Part shown: positions 40,001 through 48,807 of the stretch, piece after piece
Layout: every line of letters starts with the position of its first letter
Numbering within the stretch: the stretch's first letter is position 1
Origin: Azolla caroliniana
Taxonomy: Eukaryota > Plantae > Polypodiophyta
Reading direction: 5' to 3'
NCBI GenBank assembly: GCA_043228905.1
Contig: JBHGNT010000018.1
Coordinates: forward strand, 2,852,001 to 2,916,000
Length of the DNA stretch: 64,000 nt
Program-made: the position numbers and the translations under genes
The notes under the pieces: model-generated
Databases searched by the model: none
Told to the model about the DNA's origin: nothing
The model's input: the letters and a program-made list of their open reading frames with translations, nothing else

Positions 40001-41137
40001 AACGTGTCGCACATCCTTCAGCAGCATCTTGCATCCGGTTGATGTCATCAGCCACACGTCTCCTATGCCGGCAATCCGGCATGTACCTTCATTTCCCATA
40101 CGGACACAGCCATGCTCACCGGCTGTGTAGGATGAGAAGTATTTCTTCTCCGGGGTCAGGTGGAACGACGCTCCGGAATCGACCACCCAGGTCATCTCTA
40201 CACCGGCAAGGTTCAGCTCCCTCTCTTCGGTAATGAGCATTATCTCTTCTTCACTTGCCGCGAGTGCCGTCGTTCCTTTCCGGTCCTGCCCTCGCCGATC
40301 CGGACCTCTCCGGTCCGTGGCTCCCCGGTATGCACCGTTTCTCTCCGGTGACTTCTTCGAATCGGTGTCGTCGGCTCCGTTGTCCTTTCGGTAATGCCGA
40401 CAGTTCTTCCGGAAGTGCCCCGGCTTCCCACAGTGGAAGCATGTGGGCCTTCCTCTTGACTGCGACCGGGTCCCCGACTTCTCCCGTCTTTGCGGACTCC
40501 GGTTCCATTGTCTTCCCCGTTCCGATTCGGTAAGCAGCGCCTTCGAGTCGGAGGCCGGTTCTTTATCTCTCCGACGCGCTTCTTCGTTCAAAATACTTGT
40601 CTTTACCGTTTGTAGGGACAAGTTATCTTCGGTGCAGGAGGTGCTGAGAGTCACCACCAAGTTCTCCCAGCTGTCCGGCAATGTACACATCAGGATGATG
40701 GCTTGCATTGCATCCTCCAACGGGAACTTGATCGCCGCAAGCTGGTTCACGAGTCCCATGAACGTGCTTACGTGTTCCACCATACTCTCGCCGTCCCGGT
40801 ACTTGAGGTTCACTATCTTTCTCATCAGGGAGGTCCGGTTCAACGCATTCTTCCTCTCGTAGAGGCCCGACAGCTTCCTCCACATCTCGTATGCGTTGGT
40901 GTCGTTCGCCACGTGTTGTAGAACGCTCACGTCGACATATTGCCGAATGGTTGCAACGGCTTTCCGGTTCAGAAGCCTCCACTCCGTCTCAAGTACCCCT
41001 TTCGGTATTTCCGACCTGTCAATCGGTTCGTACAGGTCCCGAACAATCAGAAGGTCCTCCATCTTGATCTTCCAGTCGGCGTAATTCTGTGCATTCAGCA
41101 CCATCATCATCGGCTGCCCGCTACCGCCGCCTTCCAT
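37064..41137 (-). CDS. Copia Gag-Pol polyprotein (~1357 aa, Tnt1-like)
   Basis: [90 protein letters not shown] and RTKHIQRRYHWIRE. The first ATG after the PBS is at 41137. Confidence 0.96.
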   Translation of the reverse strand: MEGGGSGQPMMMVLNAQNYADWKIKMEDLLIVRDLYEPIDRSEIPKGVLETEWRLLNRKAVATIRQYVDVSVLQHVANDTNAYEMWRKLSGLYERKNALNRTSLMRKIVNLKYRDGESMVEHVSTFMGLVNQLAAIKFPLEDAMQAIILMCTLPDSWENLVVTLSTSCTEDNLSLQTVKTSILNEEARRRDKEPASDSKALLTESERGRQWNRSPQRREKSGTRSQSRGRPTCFHCGKPGHFRKNCRHYRKDNGADDTDSKKSPERNGAYRGATDRRGPDRRGQDRKGTTALAASEEEIMLITEERELNLAGVEMTWVVDSGASFHLTPEKKYFSSYTAGEHGCVRMGNEGTCRIAGIGDVWLMTSTGCKMLLKDVRHVPKVRLNLISAGRLDDEGYTGSIRNGVMKFSKGSLIVARARKVNTLYLMNSQLCPEELNVADDTAGELWHKRLCHMSEKGMKRLAEDNLIPVKHVHLEKCTDCLAGKQNRTSFHSRPPTRRSAPLELVHTDVCQVETKSHGGAQYFVTFIDDYSRRLWTAPMKTKDQVLSVFKELHARVERESGKKLKAIRADNGGEYRGQFQEYCRSKGIRLEFTVPKTPELNGLAERMNRTIMERVRSMLAHAKLPKGFWAEAMSTATYVINRSPSVPLDGDTPQRVWTGKEVSYRHLKVFGCLAYVHVAKDRRGKLDPKTRPCIFLGYGDDEFGYRVWDPVDKKIFRSRDIIFMENKTLADWESEKKMKSSESTGEDQLYEEQSRPARDRLALEDPAEDGEETEPAEEDENDTGTGPDPEMDSDEEESEEPVTEAPERRYPLRERRAPRRFPEPEHVLLTDEGEPESFEEAKHDTQSRRWLSAMQDEMDSLHENHTYELVELPKGKRALRNKWVFKLKPGDAENPPRYKARIVVKGFQQKKGVDFDEIFAPVVKMTSIRTVLSIAASMDLEVEQMDVKTAFLHGDLGEEIYMQQPEGFEKKGKEHLVCRLKKSLYGLKQAPRQWYRKFDSFMTDEGYHKTQSDHCVFVKKFEGGDSLILLLYVDDMLIVGLDQVKIRMLKKALHRTFSMKDLGPARQILGMHIIRDRKKKQLWLSQEKYVTKVLHRFNMSEARPVGSTLPANCKLSSKQSPKTKAEKEDMMKVPYASAVGSLMYAMVCTRPDIGYAVGAVSRYMSNPGKEHWNAVKWILRYLKGTANVCLRFGSGKPELDGFTDSDMSADADTSRSTSGYVMTYAGGAVSWQSRLQKTVALSTTEAEYMAAVEAGKEIIWMKDFIRELGIRQQKYQLYCDSQSAIHLAKNAAYHSRTKHIQRRYHWIRERIEDQEFMLTKIHTEENGSDMLTKVLTPDKLEACRKRVGLQRHPMPK

Positions 41138-41166
41138 TTTCTGCAACAGTCGCTCTGATACCAGTT

Positions 41167-41753
41167 TGTCGGGAATCAACGCTTCGATTCACCTCCACCG
41201 CTCGGCCACAACCGAGTAATCGCGGATCAATGCAGCAGAAAATAGGAAATACAGAGAAAGACGCGATACACAGGGATTAACGTGGAAAACCCTATACGGG
41301 AAAAACCACGGGAGTCCTCAACCTCCAACTATCACTATGAACAGGGATGTACACTGGTGAAGCTACAAGGCAACAACCTTGAGCTCACTGTCTTCGCCAC
41401 AGGCGGCGGCAATACACAGAGGCAACGACCTCTTCGTCTCTCTCTCTCGGCTGCTCTCACTTCGCATGAAAATTAAGCAACAACATAAACTATTTGCCCT
41501 AAGTCATATTTATACACATATGACTTTCGGGCTATTTACAAATATAGCCTCAAGGGCTCTTGGCAAACATATTCACAAATATGTCCCCGCATCCGGATCT
41601 CCCTCCGGGTACATTCGTCATCCGGCTCCGTAGCCGGGGTCTTCATCATCCGGCTCCGTAGCCGGGGTATTCATCATCCGGCTCCGTAACCGCAACCGGG
41701 CTTGCCGTCATTCATCTCCGGACATCCCATCCGGAGGGACCGAAATCCCAACA
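41167..41753 (-). repeat. 5' LTR of the intact copia
   Basis: Adjacent to the PBS; matches 36467-37053. Confidence 0.95.
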
Positions 41754-41758
41754 ATATT

Positions 41759-43240
41759 GACTCTACATATGCTGTCCTTCTTCATCTCACTTCCACATAG
41801 TTCCTTGAACCACTTTTTGCCCGTCAGATTCACTTTGATCTGTTGTCCAGTATTTGAGAGGGGGCCCGCCTTGTATTGAAGATTCCAGTTCACTCTTGGC
41901 CATTTACACATCCCTTTATTTTTTTCCATCCCCTTCATCTCCTCTTTTTTAGCATGCATGTGCCTTTTCATTTTTGCTATCCCCTTAATATCTAGGGTTG
42001 TCACCAATGACTTAGACTGCTCTTTCAATGGGCTTACGACCTTTCCTATGTTTAATTCTCCTACCTCGCCTATACTTTCATGAAGCATCTGGCCAATAAC
42101 ATCCCCTACCAAGTTGTCCTCCTGGTGTAGTTTCGTCATATCATTAATTACTTCCACATAATTACTCTCATGAGTTGCCTTCGTTCTTTCTTCCCTTTCA
42201 TTAGGTTTGTATTCATTGTCCTCTAAGGTTAAGAGCGCATAATTATTTCTAAGTGGGAGCCATTCTTGTCCGACCATGACTTTTTGTTTGCCTTTATAGG
42301 TGTTATGTTTCCATCCATCTTCATTCTTACTCAATGCATGGTTCATTCATTGATTTTTCTGTTGCATCAGACTTGTTTTACATTTCTGTCCTTGCTTCCC
42401 ATTTCCATGATGCATGTTCTCCTTTCCTCTAGGGCATTCTCAGGCCATGTGCCCCATCTGTCTACATGCAAAGCATTGCCCTGGGAGTCCCACATACTCA
42501 ACAGTTTGTACATGGTCAGCCATTTGTTTACTGCTCAACAACATTGATTGCGGTAAGGTCTTTACATCCGAAACAATTAGTTTGATCCTCGGTGCTTCAC
42601 TTATTCTCTCCGCAAGAGTCTTTACCAGGCATTGACGTCCCATACTTTTGCCAATGGCCGGGAGAAAGGATACCCATTGCTTAGGTAAACCAGGAAAAAA
42701 TGTCGTTACCACTGTAGGATTGCCTATATAAGCATCAGCTTTACACATGTCAAAGTCTGCATCCCAATTGAATGCATAGGCCCTCGCATTGTGCCAAATC
42801 AGTGGGCTGCTCTCAACAATTTTGCATACATTCGTTTTCGGCTTCACTACAACATGGTAGAAGCCCTTTCCCATAAATGCAATGTCCTTCAATCTACCAA
42901 GGTCTTCTTGTAGACAACTTTGCAGCCAATCACGCAATATTGCTCTATTGGGTCAACTACCCACCACTTTTACCACAAAGGATTCCCGTTTAAGACGTGT
43001 TAATTCACTCTCCATTAGGCATTCTTCCTCCGGGGAGAGAACAAAGGCTCCCATTGCATGCATTGAGGGACCATTTTGATTGTCCACCCCTTGTGTTTCC
43101 TGTTCGGTTTCAGCATCAATGCGATTAAATAGATGTTCGTGACATACCTGTGTCCCATTGATGTCCAGAAGGTTTGGGGCTGATGTTTGTGCAGGCTCTG
43201 AAGCAGCCGAGTCGTTTTTCGAAGATCCTTCTGCTGCCAT
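41759..43240 (-). pseudogene. LINE ORF1, 5' part (continues at 36068-36466 beyond the copia)
   Basis: ORFs 42953-43240, 42440-42937, 41708-42346 and 36068-36415 fall in one frame once copia + TSD (5292 bp) is removed, giving ~627 codons with a CCHC knuckle and a few stops. Confidence 0.8.
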
Positions 43241-44099
43241 CGCTCCTCACGGCTGAGTCGTAGGTTGATGTCGTTGACAATGTCGTTTGATCCTCCCTCT
43301 GCTGTCGGTGCCTCTGTTACTCTGCTATCCCGTCCCCTCTGCTGTCGGCGCCTGAAGGAAATGGGAATTGCATGCAGCACACAATTATTTTGCCTCTTAT
43401 TTCCAAAGAAATGAATGAACTGTGGACGGACTGAAATATTAAAGTGCATGGTATATGTATATACATATAAATAAACTAGGAAACATTTGGTTCCTCTTTG
43501 ATCAATGCTAAGGATTGATTCAAACCCCGCCTCATCAACTTCAAGGGCCCCATGTGTCTTGTCATATAGATGGTGCCATTTGTTACAATATGATGAACTT
43601 TGGCACCTTGAGAGTTTCGTGCCTTATGTGTCCTATATTTGCGCATGGTGGGAAAAGAAAATAATAATAATAATCAACAAACAAACAAACAAGTTGAAAA
43701 TTTTTCTCTCAAAAGTAGCCCTAAATTATTTAAAATCAAAAGATAATGCCTAGCCATTCAATAACTTACCACACCGATGAGAGTAGTCGTTCTCGAGGTT
43801 CCATTCTTACATGATTTTTCAAATTTCAATATTAATTATTTAAATTGGTAAAAACTTCACACTCATTTTTTATATCAACCTATGAAATTTATATAGATAG
43901 AACCTGTCCATGTTCGAGAATGTTGACACTACGATGGTTATAGACTCCTTGCATTCATTGAGCAAGGGTCACGGAACAAGAAAGTTTCTAAACCGAGCAA
44001 ATCTCATGTTAGCTGAGTTTCGTCCAACACATCTTGGCATAGTTTCATCAAACATTAGATGACTCTTTTTCTTTTGCAATTAAAAGAGTTGAGGGACAA

Positions 44100-44535
44100 A
44101 GCAATGAACCAGTTGTTGGCAATCGACAACAATTCGATTCAATTCAAGAGTATTAAACTCTAAGCGTTTAAAAAAATTGAAACTTAAACCGAATTGAACT
44201 AGGAAACCATTTGAACCAAACCAGTACAAAAAATTCAACCTCAAACCAAATGGTTTTAGAGACTTTCAAACCTTTAAACCATTACAAACCGCGGTTTCAC
44301 GGTTCGGTTTTGGTTTTCAAGTTATAGGTGAAAATTTCAAAAGTTCACATTTTAAAAATTTCAATATTTCTAAATTTAAAGATTGTGAAAAAGAGAAAAT
44401 CAAAATTAGGCTTCAAATGTTCAAAAAGATATTTAAGAAAATGATCAAGTGTATATCCTAAACCCTCAAACCGTTTATAAACCGAAAACTATTAAATCGA
44501 TAAAGGCTCGAACCGAACCGAACCGTTTAAAACTT
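44100..44535. repeat. AACCG/AAACC-rich degenerate repeat, probable non-autonomous DNA transposon remnant
   Basis: Many AACCG/CGGTT motifs; shares GCAATCGACAACAATTC with ~6474 and ~46512. Confidence 0.4.
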
Positions 44536-44635
44536 GTGGCACTTCCAAAAGGGTAACAATGGCAAGTTTTTGAAATTGTCGCTTTGCTAGTCAATTAATA
44601 CATTCGTCCCCACAAAACACTTCCATGTTAAAACT

Positions 44636-45100
44636 TATTAGAGATTAGGTACTAAAGTAAGCATAAAATAAGGATATATCAATGATAGATCTAGAAAGAA
44701 TAGAGAGAAAAGAGAGAAAGAAGGGTGCCGATCCACCCGACCACCCCCGAGCGAAGGGATCGAGACGGACTCGAGCCTCGATCGGCGTCCCATACCACCG
44801 CCTTGGCGTCGAGTTGTACCTGGACGATAGCGCGCTTGCTACAAGAGTCGTTCCACTCACGGACAGAGTCTCGACGTAGTCAATGCATGCCCCAATGAGG
44901 GTAGCTAGGCCTCTTATTTATAGTAATTCTCAAGGCCCCCAGCCATGTTCACACTTGGCCTCATGGGTTGTCTCAATCCCGAGGATTAAAAGTAATCCTC
45001 CCCTTCTTTAGACTCTTTGTTTAACCCTCACACTTATCCACGTGTATAGAATACTACGACAATTCTCACCACGGGATATTATATGGTCATGCCCATAACA
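44636..45100 (-). mobile_element. Solo LTR
   Basis: TATTAG (mutated TG end)...ATAACA flanked by TSD AAACT (44631-44635 and 45101-45105); TATA-like CTATAAATAAG on the minus strand at ~44915; GC-richer than its flanks. Confidence 0.7.
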
Positions 45101-45132
45101 AAACTAATGCCTCTGACTTCACCATTGGCGCG

Positions 45133-46250
45133 ATTCTTGGGCCACGCCGACCTCTTACGAAACCACATCTTTTCAAGACAAAGACTCAGTAGAAACTAAT
45201 GGGAAAGATGGAATTGCTTCCATGGCTAGCTGGGTCACTGAAAATGATGTAGTTCCTTGTGTCTCCATTGTGGCTAACAATACTGTGGGAATTCTAAACC
45301 AGAATATTGAACAAAACATCGAACTTACAACAGCCGAAAAACAAGAGATTCAAATGAAGAAGTCAAAGCTTATGACCATGCTTAATGAGGTAAAATTACC
45401 CCTATACTTATACATCAAATTGATTGTTAGTTATATCTTAATTCTTTTGTCTAGCAATAGATTCTTGTTACTAATGGTGGGGAAAGGTTTATATGAAGTA
45501 AAAACCATCACAAAAGAATGTTAATGTATGAGATGACATGTGGATAATGTAGTGCATACAAGCACTTATTTCTCAAAAAGAATGTTCTGTAGGGGTAAAT
45601 ATGATGTTGAAATGCACTTGAAGAAAATCTTAAAGCTGTCCATTACGAGCTCATGGTGTTAGTCTTAAGAGAATCATATAGAGACGTTTTGTAGTATGGG
45701 CTCTAGTATCATGAATACCCACTAGTTAATCGTTCAATAAAAAAGCAAGAGATTCTCTATTAGGAGATCGAGGGGAATGCATGTACTATAAAGGCTGATG
45801 TCTGGGAGTTGAATCTTGTCTACTTATCCCTTGATATGACCACTTCAAAGAACATACCAACTCATTTGAGTAGAGCGATCATATTTATATGTACAAAAAA
45901 ATTATTTTGCTGAAAACACTTTTCATATTCATTAGGTTGACCAAAGATATAGATAATATCATCATCAAATGCAAACTATGGTGACGTCGTTCAAATCAAC
46001 AACGGGGTTGGGCGCTGCGTGGACATATACCGCGCTTGCTTTACAGATGATCTCGAAGCATTTCCGATGCTTGAAAGACACAATCCGAGGTTAGATTTGT
46101 GCCACTTGTAAGGCATTAGGAGACGAGGAGGTATGGAGAGGACAAGGGAAGGGAGAGATATCAAGGCTACGCTTCATTGACCAACACGTACATACACACA
46201 TGATATATATATTCATGCTTCCTCTTAAGGTTGGTTCCATGGTAACTTTG
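45133..46250 (+). pseudogene. Truncated duplicate of BEL1 (end of exon 1, intron 1, part of exon 2, piece of intron 2)
   Basis: Matches ~1715-2753 and ~2944-3004. The exon 2 copy has stops TAA at 45954 and TAG at ~46091; no homeodomain. Confidence 0.93.
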
Positions 46251-48280
46251 AAATACCTCTGAATTATTCTTTACTCCTCAAATGCCCTTAGTCAACCATG
46301 GAAGGAAAGAAAATGAGGATGAAATTAAGCCTATGTGATCCATTAAAGAGGGGATGGATCGACCATATAATTCCACAAGAGGGGGTTGATTAAGGGGATT
46401 TGGGGAAAATAAAGAAATATTTGGAGTTTATCAACAAGCTTAAATTTTCTTTTGATTTGTTCGACCCAAAGGTCTTTGATTTGGATACCAACCAACCAAA
46501 TAATGCAAGTAGCAATCGACAACAATTCAGTTCGGCTCAAACTGGTTTTGGGTGTCTCAAACTCAAACCATTAAAAAACGAACCTTGAAATAACTTTAAT
46601 GGAACACTATTTAGGGCTAGAACTATTGAAACTTAAACGGTGAAATAGATCCTCAAACCTAGACCACTTATTCATGACCTCTTTTGGTACATGGGATTTT
46701 CTACTTTTCTAAGGGGACAATTGACTATATCTTGTTTTCAACGTTTGTAGTTTCTTCGTATAGAACTCTTCGAACTGAACCAAACCAAATCAACACTAGA
46801 GGAAGGTCTTAATACTTACCCGTCCTCTCTATATCTTCTTTGAAAATAAATGAGGGCTCCTCTACTACTAGAAAAGGGGGATTTAGCTCGTTATACTTCT
46901 CATCATGTCAATCCTCATGAATTGGCTCATAATACCATATTCGTCTTGTGGCGAGAATCTAGAGAACATTAAAGATATGATGTAGTGCTAGAAGTTTTGT
47001 ATTAGATGTCGGCTTCTTGTTTGTTTCCGGAATGTATTTTGGTTTTAGTTGAACCAAACTATTTTCAATTGCTAAAAATCATGATGATTGTTTCGTAGAC
47101 TAAGAGAACCTTTTGTTTACGGGAAAATTTAATTGTTGTGTTTCCTATTACAATTTTCAATAAAAACTTAAAAAACTTAAAATTTCAAACATCAAGAATC
47201 AAGAAAGGAATAAGAATCAACATTAGAGAGGTATATTAATTTATAGTATCTAATCCATTTAAGATGCGGTTTTTATACTTGATAAAGCATAAAACATTAA
47301 GCCAACACATTTTCAAACTAGCTTATTAAAATTAACTTGCCAAGCCAAATGCCGTTTAAGCCATTAAGCCATGTTTTCATGCTCTAGTTTGGGTTGAAAC
47401 CCAACAATGACCCATTATTAATACACAAGACAAAGAGTTCTTGTGGGCAAGCCATCTTAATTGAGGATACATACAACCACATTCATAGTGGAGCAAACCA
47501 TGAATGGAGCTAGAGCCACACTCCACAAATGAAATAGTAACGCTTTCATGTTCTTCCACAATACATACCCAAGGACTGAAGTCAGTCTATGTGTTTTTTG
47601 GACAATCGCTGAGAGTTTTAAGAATGCTGGAGGATTTTGGGATGCCCTAAACTTTTTGGGTTTGTTTATATGCCAATTCGGATGAGCGACGTCGGAAAGT
47701 TTCGAAATTCCGGGATGATGCACTAAAATGTTGCATTTATGGGCTAAATTTATCGGCACACGCTTAATTTAGTCACATTACATTGGGCGGACACGCAACC
47801 CATGGAGTCTCTGGGGATGGCGCGGTTGGTAGAAACTTGGGGGCATAGTACGTAATATACTTGAATGCATTGGCAAACATTCTTTTTTCATACGAATGAC
47901 AACGAATGCGTATGTTGTCAAAACATTCTTATGCTTTTATTTTTATTTTTACCCTTTTTACATTAACTTTCTTACCTTAAAAAGAAATAATGAATACAAA
48001 AGTATGGTATTTACCATACTTTTGAGGGTGGTTACCATACGCGAATGATAATGGACGTATGCTACGTATGGTTCACACTATGCTTGGGGGACCCCATGTA
48101 CTTTGAGAGAGAGAGAGAGTCTCGTGTGTGTTGTGTGATCTGATCTGCTCTATTCTGCTCTCTTGGATTATGTACATATATGAATGAATGAATGATTATC
48201 TTCCTCTGTTTAGGCCATATCTGTCTCTGATTCCTGTTTTTTGGCCATGGGCTGCTCGGCTTCCTCTCCAGGTAAAGAAT
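46244..48280 (+). repeat. Second copy of the BEL1-ARA6 intergenic segment (~6206-7750)
   Basis: Colinear similarity from AACTTTGAAATACCTCTGAATT through to ARA6 exon 1, with indels and a MITE insertion. ORF pairs 6305/46343, 7082/47377 and 7279/47457 are homologous. Confidence 0.92.
47844..48082. mobile_element. hAT-like MITE (239 bp) in the ARA6 promoter
   Basis: CATAGT...ACTATG termini with 8 bp TSD CTTGGGGG (47836-47843 and 48083-48090); absent from the paralogous site at ~7560-7570. Confidence 0.82.
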
Positions 48281-48413
48281 ATAAATAACCCCCCTTCAGA
48301 GTGAGACAGAGAGAGAGAGAGGATAAAATTGGCCTATGAGGCAAACCATTACTACAGATATGGGTGAAGGAATTCATGATGTGTGTACCTATGTGTGTGT
48401 GTGTGTGTGTGTA

Positions 48414-48488
<75 letters not shown>

Positions 48489-48542
48489 AATATGAGGCAA
48501 ATCATTACTACAGACATGGGTGAAGGAATTCATGATGTGTGT

Positions 48543-48583
<41 letters not shown>

Positions 48584-48641
48584 GACAATATGAGGCAAAT
48601 CATTACTACAGACATGGGTGAAGGAATTCATGATGTGTGTA

Positions 48642-48678
<37 letters not shown>

Positions 48679-48736
48679 GGACAATATGAGGCAAATCATT
48701 ACTACAGACATGGGTGAAGGAATTCATGATGTGTGT

Positions 48737-48807
<71 letters not shown>

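Larger units (their letters stand above)
36467..41753 (-). mobile_element. Intact, very young Ty1/copia retrotransposon nested in LINE ORF1
   Basis: Two 587 bp LTRs (36467-37053 and 41167-41753) with no difference seen by eye; TSD ATATT; tRNA-iMet PBS at 41152-41163; PPT at ~37054-37064; one uninterrupted ORF. Confidence 0.98.
31640..43440 (-). mobile_element. Near full-length L1-clade LINE (ORF1 + ORF2) interrupted by a copia insertion; ends approximate
   Basis: ORF1 pieces 43240-41759 and 36466-36068 with CFACRQMGHMA zinc knuckle; ORF2 with APE endonuclease, RT and C-terminal zinc finger. Confidence 0.92.

Noticed and set aside
41138-41179. N-terminal 14 residues of the listed 1371 aa ORF
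   Set aside because: They start at a non-ATG codon inside the LTR and run through the PBS; the real start is most likely the ATG at 41137.
37169-41280. Numerous plus-strand and alternative-frame ORFs over the intact copia (and over the gypsy at 61.4-63.9 kb)
   Set aside because: Shadow ORFs expected in GC-rich coding DNA; no recognisable motifs.
48333-48803. CRISPR-like array or ERERER/SLSLSL coding ORFs
   Set aside because: The spacers are simple (TG)n(AG)n microsatellites and the ORFs are translations of dinucleotide repeats inside an intron.
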